Numbered from the stretch's first letter, positions 32,247 to 42,134 are shown. The stretch is 64,000 nucleotides of DNA from Gemmatimonadaceae bacterium (GCA_045803545.1 JBJMOW010000004.1:928001-992000), one strand, 5' to 3'. A program made the numbers and translations. Notes: a model not told the origin generated them from the letters alone.

Positions 32247-33410
32247 CTAGATCAGCTTCCCGACCCACCCACCGACGAAGTAGCCGACTGCTGCCACGCC
32301 AACGCCGACCACGAACATGTCGAGGCCTGAGCGGAATGCGCTGCGACCTGTGAAAACCGAGCGGGCTGCGCCGACCAGGAAGTGCGACAACATCGCCAGC
32401 GCGAAGGAAATCACGATGGCCGTCGTGCCATGCCAGATGAGGAAAGGAAAAACGGGAATCGCGGCGCCAAACGCTGTCGCGAGTCCGGTCAGCCACCCTT
32501 CACGGAGTGGCGACATCCCGTACTCGCCGATCTTCAACTCTTCCTGCACCTGCTCCTTCAGCATTAGCGCGGGATCGGCCATGATCTGCGTCGCAAGCTG
32601 ATGCGCCGAGTCGCGATCCATCCCCTTCGCTTCGTAAATCACCGCCAGCTCGTCGCGCTCGATCTCCGGCATCAGCTCGACTTCGGTTTTCTCCATCGAG
32701 ATCTCGTAGTCGTAGACCTCGCGCTCGCTCTTGCTGGCGAGATAGCCGCTCGATCCCATCGACAACGCGTCGGCGATGAGTCCCGCAACTCCGGCAAGAA
32801 CTACAGCCTGGTGTTGATTGACAACCGCCGCGCCGATGACTCCGGCGACCAGACCGAAGTTCGCCGTGAGGCCATCATTGAATCCGTACACGACGTTGCG
32901 CAGGAATCCACCGGATGCTGTCTTGTGCCAGGGTTCCGCGCCCTTGCCGGCGATCTCACCAAGCGTGGTCGCATGATCCGCGGACTCGCGCGCAAGGAGC
33001 AAAGCCTCGGGACCGCCGGGCGCGCCACGTGGTGTACCGCGATGCATGTCGAGGTAAGCCTTTACTTCACGCCCTTCTTCCTCGAGCAACATCGGCAGCA
33101 GGAAATTCGGACCGAACATCTTGCCGAGTGAGGCAAGCAGTCGCGCGCGTCCACTCGGCTTGAAATCACCCGGCGGATGACCGTGTGTTGTTAGCAGCTC
33201 CGTCCAGATGGTGACGTGCCGATCCTCGACGCTGGCCAGCCGAGCGTAGACGTCACTCTTCTTTGGGTCAGACTCGGCCTCTGCGAGAAGCCGATAGAGA
33301 TAGGCGGCATCGGCTTCGTCCTGCCAGTGATGCTCGAAGGAGTGAATATCAATCGCGGTATCCGGCCGGGCGTCGGGGGCGGGGCGTGGTGGTTCCAACG
33401 TCGTCGACAT
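32247..33410 (-). CDS. Rubrerythrin/ferritin-like domain fused to a VIT1/CCC1 transporter
   Basis: E..AAYLY..LA, EDRH, ESADH; LRNVVYGFNDGL..NFGL. Confidence 0.9.
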   Translation of the reverse strand: MSTTLEPPRPAPDARPDTAIDIHSFEHHWQDEADAAYLYRLLAEAESDPKKSDVYARLASVEDRHVTIWTELLTTHGHPPGDFKPSGRARLLASLGKMFGPNFLLPMLLEEEGREVKAYLDMHRGTPRGAPGGPEALLLARESADHATTLGEIAGKGAEPWHKTASGGFLRNVVYGFNDGLTANFGLVAGVIGAAVVNQHQAVVLAGVAGLIADALSMGSSGYLASKSEREVYDYEISMEKTEVELMPEIERDELAVIYEAKGMDRDSAHQLATQIMADPALMLKEQVQEELKIGEYGMSPLREGWLTGLATAFGAAIPVFPFLIWHGTTAIVISFALAMLSHFLVGAARSVFTGRSAFRSGLDMFVVGVGVAAVGYFVGGWVGKLI

Positions 33411-33502
33411 GCTTCAATATCATCCGCCGAGCCACCTTTTGCACCCTTGGCAACCATTGCACGGAAGAGTTTGTCCTATCGGACAGAACACTAAAGGAGC
33501 AA

Positions 33503-34348
33503 ATGATGAAGTCACCGCTAATTCTTTCGGCGCTGGTCGCCGCGATGGGCGTTGCTGGCGCTCAGGACAAGACTGTCCAGCCTGACTCGACCTGCACCAA
33601 ATACTCGAACGGTCGCGTCGAGTGTCGGGTCTACCGACACTTTGGATCAGACAGTCTGATGCGAAGAATGAGCTTCCGCATGGACTCAGTATTGGCCAAC
33701 CGCGCGGCACTGGGCCTGGAAGTTCGCTCGACCGGCAACAAGCGCGATACGCTCGGCGTTTTTGTCGAGGGCGTGACGTCGAAGGGGCCGGCTGAAGCAG
33801 CCGGCATCGTCGAAGGCGATCGGATTGCGTCGATCAACGGCATCGACCTTCGTACCGCGCCGGCCGACGCTGATGATGAATTCGACAGCGGAATCGGAGC
33901 GCGCAGATTGAGTCGCGAAGTGCAGAAGCTCAGTCCAGGCGCGCGCGTCAGTCTGCGGGTTTACTCGGGCGGCCGCTTTCGCGATGTGCAGGTGACTGCC
34001 GGAAAAGCCGGCGACCTGATGCGCCTGAGAACGGCGAACGGCAGATTCCCTGGCGGTGGTTTCGAGTTCTACGGGCCTGACAGGATGATCGGTCCCGAAC
34101 AACTGATGATGCACGAGGATTTCGAACCGCTGATGCTCGAGCGGATGCAGCCGATGCTCGACCGGATGCAGCCGATGCTCGAGAGGATGCAGCCGATGTT
34201 GGAGGAACGCCTGCGCGATTTACCTGAGCGGATCGAGTTGCGCATGGCGCCCGGGGTCCGGACGTTTCGGACGCTACCCCGCACTTACCGTGTGGAGCGT
34301 GGTACCGAGGAGCAGCGCGCCGCTGCCCAGCAGGGATTCATCCATTAA
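33503..34348 (+). CDS. Secreted PDZ-domain protein
   Basis: AAGGAG RBS, signal peptide ending AGAQ, GVFVEGV..KGPAEAAGIVEGDRIASING. Confidence 0.85.
   Translation: MMKSPLILSALVAAMGVAGAQDKTVQPDSTCTKYSNGRVECRVYRHFGSDSLMRRMSFRMDSVLANRAALGLEVRSTGNKRDTLGVFVEGVTSKGPAEAAGIVEGDRIASINGIDLRTAPADADDEFDSGIGARRLSREVQKLSPGARVSLRVYSGGRFRDVQVTAGKAGDLMRLRTANGRFPGGGFEFYGPDRMIGPEQLMMHEDFEPLMLERMQPMLDRMQPMLERMQPMLEERLRDLPERIELRMAPGVRTFRTLPRTYRVERGTEEQRAAAQQGFIH
34132..34206 (+). repeat. 21-bp coding tandem repeat, about 3.5 copies (MLERMQP)
   Basis: GATGCTCGAGCGGATGCAGCC / GATGCTCGACCGGATGCAGCC / GATGCTCGAGAGGATGCAGCC / partial. Confidence 0.9.
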
Positions 34349-34353
34349 TGCGA

Positions 34354-35022
34354 TTACGGAGTTTGCCGCGACAGCAGCTCGGGCCGCTCGAGTCGCGTCA
34401 GCGCCGCTTTTTGTGGCTGGAATTGTTTCGCTAACTCGCTGACGCGGGATTGCCAGCGCGATTGCAGCTCGGTCGCTGCTGATTGAACGCGCTGTTCCGC
34501 CGCAGTAGGGCCGGGCAGCGCGTTTTGCGTTGATTTCGCGGGCGTTGTTGGCGTCGCCGGAGGCGTTGCAGTGGGCGTGTCCGAACATCCGAAGCTCGGG
34601 GGATTTTTCGGATCGACGGCAGCATAACCGATACGGGGCAACACATCGGCTGCAATGAGAATCGTGCCAGCGAGCGCGATCGCGATCGAGACCAAATGCA
34701 TTCGGGGTAAGCGAGCGCGCCACGACGTGATGCCGATCCAGATGCCACCGATGACGATGACCGCCTCGGCACCCAGAAATCCAAACAGACCTGCACCGCA
34801 CGTATTGTTGTACGGCCAGAAGAGCAGAGCGACACCAACGGCGGCAACCAGAATCAGTCGCGCAGTAACGCCGATGAGAGCTGCGCGCTGAGCCGTACGT
34901 TCCTTGGCGCGCCGATCCTCTTCGGTCTGGAGCTTCTTGTACGCAAGCGACGGCTCCGGCGGCAATCCGTCGAATTCGCGCTCTATCTTTTTGAGTTGTG
35001 TCGACCAGTCGTCTTGAGCCAC
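34354..35022 (-). CDS. Hypothetical membrane protein
   Basis: GTG 35022 with GAGG RBS; three TM helices, Pro/Thr-rich tail. Confidence 0.7.
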   Translation of the reverse strand: MAQDDWSTQLKKIEREFDGLPPEPSLAYKKLQTEEDRRAKERTAQRAALIGVTARLILVAAVGVALLFWPYNNTCGAGLFGFLGAEAVIVIGGIWIGITSWRARLPRMHLVSIAIALAGTILIAADVLPRIGYAAVDPKNPPSFGCSDTPTATPPATPTTPAKSTQNALPGPTAAEQRVQSAATELQSRWQSRVSELAKQFQPQKAALTRLERPELLSRQTP

Positions 35023-35086
35023 GCACGCCTCGGCAAAACCCCTGATATCTTCAAGACTCCGAGAGCCCGTTTTGGGCAACGATAAG

Positions 35087-35482
35087 ATGAGTTCCGACGA
35101 CATAACGCGAGTCAGACTGGATAAATGGCTGTGGGCCGCCCGTTTTTTCAAAACCCGGGGCTTAGCGGCTCAGGCGATAGAAACCGGCAAGGTCGAGGTC
35201 AACGGGGAGCGCGCAAAGCGCGCAAAGCAGCTACAGCTCGGAGATGAACTGCGGATCCGCCTCGGGCCGTATCACCACATCGTCAAAGTGCGCGGAATTT
35301 CCGAGCGCCGCGGTCCGCCTGCAGTCGCGGCTGAACTATTCGCGGAAACGGAGGAAAGCCGGAAGGCGCGCGAAGCGATGCAGCTCCAGGTTCGCGTCGC
35401 CCAATCAGTTCCCGGCTACGATCGAGGCCGTCCCACGAAAAAAGATCGCCGCGATATCGAAAGATTGAAGCGCCGGGAGTAG
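35087..35482 (+). CDS. hslR: Ribosome-associated heat shock protein Hsp15 (S4 domain)
   Basis: VRLDKWLWAARFFKTR, GRPTKKDRR. Confidence 0.95.
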   Translation: MSSDDITRVRLDKWLWAARFFKTRGLAAQAIETGKVEVNGERAKRAKQLQLGDELRIRLGPYHHIVKVRGISERRGPPAVAAELFAETEESRKAREAMQLQVRVAQSVPGYDRGRPTKKDRRDIERLKRRE

Positions 35483-37396
35483 CTAGAACTCCATTTGGGC
35501 GCCGAGCTCTACGACTCGATTCGGCGGGATTCCGAAAAACTCGGTCGCGGGGCGCGAGTTGCGCTGCATGAAAATGAAAAGCCGCTTGCGCCAGCGCGCG
35601 AGCGGCTTCGTTCCGGTCGGAATCAGGTTCTCTCTGCCAAGGTAGTACGTAGTTTCCGTCGGCTTCGCGATAACGCCACGCTCAGTAGAGAGCGACAAAA
35701 CTTCCGGCACGTTCGGCGTCTGCATGAAGCCATACTTGGCTTTAACGCGCGTGAAGTTATGTGGGAATGTCGTTACTTCGATTCGCTCAGTCGTCGGCAC
35801 TTCGGGAACAGGCGCCGAGACGACGGATAACAGCACCACGTGCTCGTGCAGAACCTTGTTGTGTTTCAGGTGATGCAGCAGCACCAGTGGTGCGTCCTTC
35901 GACTCCGACGTCAGGAACACCGCCGTACCTGGGACGCGAACCGGCTTGAAACGCTTATCCGGATTCTGGTCGCCCAGGTCGTTGAGCAACACGTCCAGCG
36001 GAATCGACGCGTCACGCAGCAATCCCCGCACGATCAGCCGGCCGCGCTGCCACGTCGTCATCAGGATGAACAACGCAAGCGCGACGGTGAGCGGGACCCA
36101 GCCACCGTCCTTCACCTTGAGGATGTTCGCGCTAAAAAACGACGCGTCTATAACGAAGAACGGTACCACCAGCAGTATCGTGCGCGTCCTACTCCATCCC
36201 CACCACGTGCGAGCAACGGTGTAGATAAGCGCAGTAGTTATCAGGAACGTACCCGTCACCGCTATGCCGTACGCTGCGCCAAGAGCGTCCGACGATCTGA
36301 AGTAGAGAACGACGAGGAGGCAGCCAATCATCAGCGCGCTGTTGACTTCAGGGATATAGATCTGCCCCGCCTCCTGCTTCGAAGTGTGAATGATGGTGAC
36401 ACGGGGGCTATAACCGAGTTGCACGCATTGCTGGGTGATCGAGAAAGCTCCCGAGATCAGCGCCTGAGATGCAATGATGGCAGCCAGAGTTGCCAGCGTG
36501 ATGAGCGGATAAAGCATCGGACGCGGCGCCAACAGGTAAAAAGGATTTGACGCCGCGGTTGGGTCGTGGAGGAGCAACCCGCCCTGACCGAAGTAATTGA
36601 GAATGAGTGCTGGAAAGACAATGGTGAACCAGGCGATCCGAATCGCGCGCTTTCCAAAGTGACCCATGTCGGCGTAGAGCGCTTCAGCACCCGTTACAAC
36701 GAGTACGACTGCGCCGAGTATCACGAACGAGTGCGCGCCGTGCAGCGCGAAAAAGTCGAGAGCATACCAGGGATTAATTGCCAGCAGGATTCTCGGCTCT
36801 TTCCCAATCTCGGCCGCGCCAAGGAGTGCTATCGCGATGAACCATATTAGCGTGATCGGTCCGAAGATTCGCCCGACTTTCCCGGTGCCCCACTTCTGAA
36901 AGAAGAAGAGAGTGAAGATGATGATAAGGGTGAGTGGTACCGCCAATCTGGCCAGCAGCGGTTCGACTACACCCAAACCTTCCGTCGCACCGAGCACCGA
37001 GATTGCCGGAGTTATGATTCCGTCGCCGTAGAGAAGTGCAGCGCCGATCAGCCCGATAGCGGTGATAATGACTTTGGCGCGCCTGTCGGCATCGCGGTTC
37101 AAGCGCTGAGCAATCAGCGCTACCAGCGCGAGAATTCCGCCTTCACCATGGTTGTCCGCACGCATGACAACGATGATGTACTTGATGCTGACGACGGCGA
37201 TCAGTGACCAGACGATCAGCGACAGAACACCGTAGATGTTGGCTGGAGTGGGCGTGAGCCCGTACTCGGGCTTGAAGCATTCTCGCAGTGCGTAAAGCGG
37301 GCTGGTACCGATGTCGCCATAGACGACGCCGAGCGCGAGAAGAGTAAGTTTTGCGAGACGGCGGCCGCTCGGACGAGCTTCCAGGTTAGTACTGAT
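35483..37396 (-). CDS. kup: Potassium uptake permease Kup; start probably non-canonical (ATC 37396 or CTG 37384)
   Basis: In-frame LGVVYGDIGTSPLY lies upstream of the first ATG; GEGG, GDGIITPAISV, GAEALYADMGHFG, QIYIPEVN. Confidence 0.92.
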   Translation of the reverse strand: MSTNLEARPSGRRLAKLTLLALGVVYGDIGTSPLYALRECFKPEYGLTPTPANIYGVLSLIVWSLIAVVSIKYIIVVMRADNHGEGGILALVALIAQRLNRDADRRAKVIITAIGLIGAALLYGDGIITPAISVLGATEGLGVVEPLLARLAVPLTLIIIFTLFFFQKWGTGKVGRIFGPITLIWFIAIALLGAAEIGKEPRILLAINPWYALDFFALHGAHSFVILGAVVLVVTGAEALYADMGHFGKRAIRIAWFTIVFPALILNYFGQGGLLLHDPTAASNPFYLLAPRPMLYPLITLATLAAIIASQALISGAFSITQQCVQLGYSPRVTIIHTSKQEAGQIYIPEVNSALMIGCLLVVLYFRSSDALGAAYGIAVTGTFLITTALIYTVARTWWGWSRTRTILLVVPFFVIDASFFSANILKVKDGGWVPLTVALALFILMTTWQRGRLIVRGLLRDASIPLDVLLNDLGDQNPDKRFKPVRVPGTAVFLTSESKDAPLVLLHHLKHNKVLHEHVVLLSVVSAPVPEVPTTERIEVTTFPHNFTRVKAKYGFMQTPNVPEVLSLSTERGVIAKPTETTYYLGRENLIPTGTKPLARWRKRLFIFMQRNSRPATEFFGIPPNRVVELGAQMEF

Positions 37397-37534
37397 TTGC
37401 GCGACCTATAGAGGTAGTTCAGGCCACTGTTTCTGCAGTGCTACTTAATCTGGTGGCTTGACCTCGGAATTTCCGTAGGCACGGCACCGTTTGCAAGGTC
37501 GGTACCTCCGCGGGGTGAAAACATGCTGCTAACA

Positions 37535-37550
37535 GGGCATGTCACTTGCG
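37535..37550 (+). promoter_or_regulatory. Putative sigma54 -24/-12 promoter for csbD-like gene
   Basis: GGGCATGTCACTTGCG fits GG-N10-GC with TTGC; about 40 nt before the ATG. Confidence 0.5.
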
Positions 37551-37591
37551 TTTATAACGCCCGCAAGTACCTGACTAAATGGAGGAAGAAA

Positions 37592-37792
37592 ATGGCAGAT
37601 CTCAACGAAAGAGGTCTCAAGAACCAGGTCAAAGGGACCGGCAAGGAGATGAAAGGGAAGCTTCGCGGTGACCTCGGCGACGCTACCGACAACAGCAGCG
37701 AGCACATCAAAGGTCGCGCTGAACAACTGGAAGGAAAAATCCAGAAAAACTTCGGCAAGGGTGAACGCGACGCGGATCCCGACAACGTCTAA
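37592..37792 (+). CDS. CsbD-family general stress protein
   Basis: GGAGG RBS; NQVKG..KEMKGKLR...GDATDN...KG..EQLEGKIQK.FG. Confidence 0.88.
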   Translation: MADLNERGLKNQVKGTGKEMKGKLRGDLGDATDNSSEHIKGRAEQLEGKIQKNFGKGERDADPDNV

Positions 37793-37811
37793 GTCCTCCA
37801 TCCAAAACTGA

Positions 37812-37856
37812 GAAAAAAACAAAGGCCGGTGCATTGCACCGGCCTTTTTGTTTTTC
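37812..37856. terminator. Bidirectional intrinsic terminator
   Basis: A-run, AAAGGCCGGTGCA-T-TGCACCGGCCTTT, T-run, between convergent genes. Confidence 0.9.
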
Positions 37857-37861
37857 ATATC

Positions 37862-38299
37862 TCAATAGCGCGGCGGACTTCCGGGTCCACTCGGTCCGCC
37901 GAGTGTATCGCCGCCGCGTCGTTCGGCCAGATCCTTTCGCGCGGCCGCTCGAAGCTTGTCGAGTTTCGCGGCCTGCTCAGGAGTCAGCAAGCGCTTGATC
38001 TGCGCGTGAGTGCTGTCGCTCACGACTCGCGCCTGCTTGGCAATCGAGTCGAGCTGCGGCTGAATGGGCTTATACAGCGCGACGATCTGCCGGTGCTTCT
38101 GTTCGATCAGTGTGTCGACGGCGGCTGCCTGCTGTGGCGTCAAGCTCAGCTCTTCCGCCATGCGCTGCCTAGAGGCGCGGGGTCCACGGACGTGCTCGCG
38201 CTTCGCGTCCATCACTCGGTCTGCTGTAAAGCCCAGCGCGCCGCCCGTGATGAAGGCGCCAAGCAGGAACATCAGCGCGTAACCCTTAGAGCGTTCCAT
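37862..38299 (-). CDS. Periplasmic Spy/CpxP-like protein
   Basis: N-terminal TM, LSLTPQQ and LLTPEQ (LTxxQ) motifs. Confidence 0.7.
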   Translation of the reverse strand: MERSKGYALMFLLGAFITGGALGFTADRVMDAKREHVRGPRASRQRMAEELSLTPQQAAAVDTLIEQKHRQIVALYKPIQPQLDSIAKQARVVSDSTHAQIKRLLTPEQAAKLDKLRAAARKDLAERRGGDTLGGPSGPGSPPRY

Positions 38300-38306
38300 C
38301 GCGACC

Positions 38307-38723
38307 TCAGTGTGACATGACGTAGCGGAACGTCGCTTCCCGCTGCGACGATCCGTCGTGCGGAGCCTGAACTACCTGCACCGCACCAGGCAGTAGTTCG
38401 TACGACAGGGAATCGGTGACTGCCTCGTAGCTGACGCGCAAATCTTCGTCTTTCTGTTTCGACAAAACCAATCCGGCGGCGACAAACAGCAACGCAGCGG
38501 CTGCGAGTCCGGGACCGGCCCAGCTCGCCAGATCAGACCACCAATTCACGGGGATCACTGCTGCGCCGCGATCCCTGACATATGACATGATCTGCTGCTC
38601 GAAGCCGTCCCAGTAGGACGTAGCGGCAGGCGCCGCATAAATCTCACGAAGTGCCTTCGTGAGCTCTGCGTCCGGCCCGTCTTCGTTCTCGAGTCGCAAA
38701 TCGAATCTTTCGTCCATCTTCAA
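38307..38723 (-). CDS. Putative membrane anti-sigma factor
   Basis: Overlaps the ECF sigma stop; single TM helix. Confidence 0.6.
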   Translation of the reverse strand: MKMDERFDLRLENEDGPDAELTKALREIYAAPAATSYWDGFEQQIMSYVRDRGAAVIPVNWWSDLASWAGPGLAAAALLFVAAGLVLSKQKDEDLRVSYEAVTDSLSYELLPGAVQVVQAPHDGSSQREATFRYVMSH

Positions 38724-39307
38724 TCCCTCAGATTTCCCAGCAGCACCCGCAACTTCTGTCGCGCGTGGTGCAAATCCGACCGGGCAGTGCCGCCCGGTAT
38801 ACCCAACATCTCTCCAATTTCCGCGTGCGTAAAGCCCTCGACATCATGGAGAACTATCACCGACCGCGCCCGATCGGAAAGCTTCGCTAGCGCAGCCTTT
38901 AACCGTTCCCGCAACTCGTCGCCTTCGGCGGGATCGCGAAAAGGAGTTGCCATCGTGTCCGACAGCTCTTCCGCGTTCCTGACCTTACGGCGACGGGCCA
39001 GATCCAGCGCTGCGTTTGCGACGATGCGATTGAGCCAGGCTCCGAATGCCTGCGCGGGATCGAAACGATCCAACGCCTGGTGCGCCCGCAGAAACCCTTC
39101 CTGCACCGCGTCTTCCGCATCCTCGTGCGTCAGCACTATCGAGCGTGCTACCGCATACGCCCTTCTCTGATGCAGTCGAACCAGCCCTGCAAAACCCCGG
39201 TCGTCGCCCGCCCTGGCAAGGCGAACGAGCTCCTTCTCTTCATCAGAAATACGAACGGGCTGACTGGACTGTTGGGACAGATGCGGTTCCCCCGGGTTCT
39301 GCTCCAA
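38720..39307 (-). CDS. ECF sigma-70 factor (RpoE/SigW-like); start uncertain
   Basis: DAEDAVQEGF, WLNRIVAN.ALD, EGFTHAEIGEMLGIPGGTARS. Confidence 0.9.
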   Translation of the reverse strand: MEQNPGEPHLSQQSSQPVRISDEEKELVRLARAGDDRGFAGLVRLHQRRAYAVARSIVLTHEDAEDAVQEGFLRAHQALDRFDPAQAFGAWLNRIVANAALDLARRRKVRNAEELSDTMATPFRDPAEGDELRERLKAALAKLSDRARSVIVLHDVEGFTHAEIGEMLGIPGGTARSDLHHARQKLRVLLGNLRD

Positions 39308-39363
39308 ACCTACTGGAGGCCCGCCGGGTGCGTCTGCAGAATCGATGCGGGGCAAGGATCCGC

Positions 39364-40950
39364 CTAGTGTACGGGTCCCATCGACCCGCGGGCGCGGCCA
39401 GTTCTGAACAGCAGGAGCAACGGCAGCGCACAAAGGAGGACCAGACCGCTATACAGGTAGATCTTCGAGAACGCGAGCATGCTCGACTGCAGAGTGACCT
39501 GACGGTCCAGAATCGCCAGCGCCTGCTGCTGCGCCACCATCGGGTTTATTCCGCGGGAGATCAAACCGCGAGTGAGCATGGAGATCCGGCCAAGGGTCTC
39601 CGGATCGTTGTTGCCAACGTGCTCGACCAGGACTGCCTTTTCAGCCGCCATGAAGCGCGCGAGCAATGTCGCCATAACCGCAATGCCCAATGAGCCGCCG
39701 AGCTGACGCATCAAGTTGAACATCCCAGTTCCTTGCGCCAGGTCCTTCACCTTTAGGTCGGCCATCGTCGCATTCGTAAGCGGCACAAAGATCAGGCCGA
39801 GGCCCATGCCGCGCAGGATCAACGGCCAGAACAGATCCTGGGATCCGCTCGCCGATGTCAGGTGCGACAGCTTCAGCATCGACAGGAAGAACAGGAATGC
39901 GCCAGCTATCACGGTATAGCGTGCGTCGAGTCGCATCGCATTGCGCCCAACGACCGCCATCGTCACAGCGGATGCAATCGCACCTGGCAGGATGATCTTT
40001 CCGGTCTGCCACGCCGTCATCTGCAACAACCCCTGCAGAAATACCGGCAGGATGAACACCGACCCGTAGAGCGCGAATCCGAGCAGCAGACCAATGCTGA
40101 TACCGGCCGTGAGCTGGCGGCTCTTGAGAATCCGAAAGTTGATGACGGGCTCGTCGGTAGTCAGCTCGTGCCAGATCAGCGCGACGCCTGCGACGGCTGC
40201 GGTGACGGCCAACGCGGTGACAGAGCGTGATTCCCACCAATCGTAGCGCTCGCCGCGCTCGAGCATCCACTGCAATGAGCCGACGCATAACGCCAACAGC
40301 CCTATCCCGAGATAGTCGATCTTATCGGCGCGCTCCTGGTGCGCGGCGTCGTGGACGTAAGTCATCGTCAGGATCGCCGCGATAATGCCGAGCGGAACGT
40401 TGATGTAGAAGATCCACGGCCAGTTGTAATTGTCCGTGATCCAACCGCCAAGTGTAGGCCCGAGCGTCGGCCCGACCATGACGCCGACGCCGAAGATCGC
40501 CATCCCGGTGCCGGCTTCTTCGGGCGGGAAGGATTCGTAAAGTGTCGCCTGCGCGGTGGACAGCAGAGCGCCACCTCCGATCCCCTGGATTACGCGCCAG
40601 AAAATGAGCCCGAGCAGCGAGTGCGCAGCGCCGCAGAAAAACGACGCGACGGTAAAAAGCGCAATCGATCCGGTGAAGTAGCGCTTTCTGCCGAAATAGG
40701 CAGAGAGCCATCCAGACATCGGAATGACGATGACGTTGGCGATGATGTAGGCCGTCGACACCCATGCGATTTCGTCGAGGGTGGCGCCGAGGTTCCCCAT
40801 CATGTGCGGGATGGCGACGTTGACGATCGAGGTGTCGATCAGCTCCAACATCGCCGCCATCGTGACGGTGGCGGCGATGATGTATTTATGGGCGTACTTA
40901 TCCTCGACGGATGTAGAAATCCCCGTCGACCGCAGTACGGCGGTGCTCAC
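39364..40950 (-). CDS. emrB: DHA2 (EmrB/QacA) MFS efflux permease
   Basis: DTSIVNVAIP, RVIQGIGGG, GPTLGPTLGGWITD, WPWIFYINVPLG; GTGA overlap with emrA. Confidence 0.92.
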   Translation of the reverse strand: MSTAVLRSTGISTSVEDKYAHKYIIAATVTMAAMLELIDTSIVNVAIPHMMGNLGATLDEIAWVSTAYIIANVIVIPMSGWLSAYFGRKRYFTGSIALFTVASFFCGAAHSLLGLIFWRVIQGIGGGALLSTAQATLYESFPPEEAGTGMAIFGVGVMVGPTLGPTLGGWITDNYNWPWIFYINVPLGIIAAILTMTYVHDAAHQERADKIDYLGIGLLALCVGSLQWMLERGERYDWWESRSVTALAVTAAVAGVALIWHELTTDEPVINFRILKSRQLTAGISIGLLLGFALYGSVFILPVFLQGLLQMTAWQTGKIILPGAIASAVTMAVVGRNAMRLDARYTVIAGAFLFFLSMLKLSHLTSASGSQDLFWPLILRGMGLGLIFVPLTNATMADLKVKDLAQGTGMFNLMRQLGGSLGIAVMATLLARFMAAEKAVLVEHVGNNDPETLGRISMLTRGLISRGINPMVAQQQALAILDRQVTLQSSMLAFSKIYLYSGLVLLCALPLLLLFRTGRARGSMGPVH

Positions 40951-42089
40951 CGGGATGTATCCACGTGCACGTCCACGGATAGACCCGGACGCAACGGACG
41001 ACTGCCGCCGCACGGCTTGGTGACCGCGATTCTCACCGGCACACGCTGCACGACCTTGGTGAAGTTACCGGTCGCATTGTCGGGCGGAAGCAGCGCGAAC
41101 TTGGCGCCCGTCGCACCGCTCACACTTTCCACTTTACCTTCCGCGGTGCAACCGTAGGCGTCGACCGAGAACTCAACCGGCTGTCCCGGATGAATCTTGG
41201 CGAGCTGCGTCTCCTTGAAATTCGCGGTCACCCAAACACCGGTGTCGGCGACGATGCTGAGGAGCGGCTGTCCAGGATTCACGAGTTGTCCAACTTCTAC
41301 CTGCTTGCGCGAGATTTCCCCGGACGCCGGAGCAGTGATTCGGGTGTAGTCCAATTGCAACTGCGCGTTCGCCGTAGCTGCGCGCGCGGCAAGTGTGCGC
41401 GCACTCGCGACGCGGACACCAGCCTCGGCGGTGTTCACGGTACCCCCCGCGGCCGAGGCCTGACGCTCAGCGGCGAGGAGATTCGCGTGCGCGACCTCGG
41501 CCGCGGCCTGCGAAGCATCGAGTTGCTGCTTGGAGATGATCTGCTTGCCAGCCAACTCCTTGGCGCGGGCGAGATCCAAGTCAGCCTTGTTGGCGTTGGC
41601 GCGAGCAGCACCGATCTGCGCATCGAGTGCAGCGCGCTGGCCGGCGGCGCTTTGCACCTGAGCCTGAGCCTGACCAGCGAAGCCGGCGCTGCCGGCGGTT
41701 GCTTCGGCGGCAGCGAGATCCGCCTGCGATTGCTGCAGCCGCACGACGTAGTCGGCGTCGTCGAGCTGGACGAGTGGCTGGCCAGCGTTCACGTGATCGT
41801 TCTCGTTGACCGAAACAGATTTCACGTAGCCGCCGACTTTCGCCAGTACCGGCACGATGTGACCGTCGACCTGTGCGTTGTCAGTCGACTGGTGGGAGCG
41901 ACCGTAGTTCCACTTCTGGAACGCCCAGAAGAGAACGAGCAGTGCGACGACACCAACGATCGGCAGCACGAATTTCTTTTTGTTCGATCCTGTGGTCGTC
42001 TCGGTCACGTGATCCGTTCGAGTCTGGGAAGTACGAGAGCCGTTCCCACTCGGGGTCTGCGGCGCTTCGGTTTCGATTGCGGTGGCCAT
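40947..42089 (-). CDS. emrA: HlyD/EmrA membrane fusion protein
   Basis: STDNAQVDG, ANFKETQL, LLPPDNATGNFTKVVQRVPVRI. Confidence 0.93.
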   Translation of the reverse strand: MATAIETEAPQTPSGNGSRTSQTRTDHVTETTTGSNKKKFVLPIVGVVALLVLFWAFQKWNYGRSHQSTDNAQVDGHIVPVLAKVGGYVKSVSVNENDHVNAGQPLVQLDDADYVVRLQQSQADLAAAEATAGSAGFAGQAQAQVQSAAGQRAALDAQIGAARANANKADLDLARAKELAGKQIISKQQLDASQAAAEVAHANLLAAERQASAAGGTVNTAEAGVRVASARTLAARAATANAQLQLDYTRITAPASGEISRKQVEVGQLVNPGQPLLSIVADTGVWVTANFKETQLAKIHPGQPVEFSVDAYGCTAEGKVESVSGATGAKFALLPPDNATGNFTKVVQRVPVRIAVTKPCGGSRPLRPGLSVDVHVDTSR

Positions 42090-42134
42090 TGGATTCCTGT
42101 TCTTAGTCTGAATTTAGTGCTGAAATGTCGCTGA

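Noticed and set aside
32247..33410. Rubrerythrin-VIT1 fusion as a novelty
   Set aside because: Known architecture among iron export/detoxification proteins.
33451..33480. ECF promoter GCAACC...GTCC before the PDZ gene, and GGAACC...GTCC near 39270-39295
   Set aside because: Spacer lengths disagree (17 vs 15) and the second lies inside the probable coding region; too weak.
34132..34206. CRISPR array
   Set aside because: Repeats are contiguous, in-frame and have no spacers; no cas genes.
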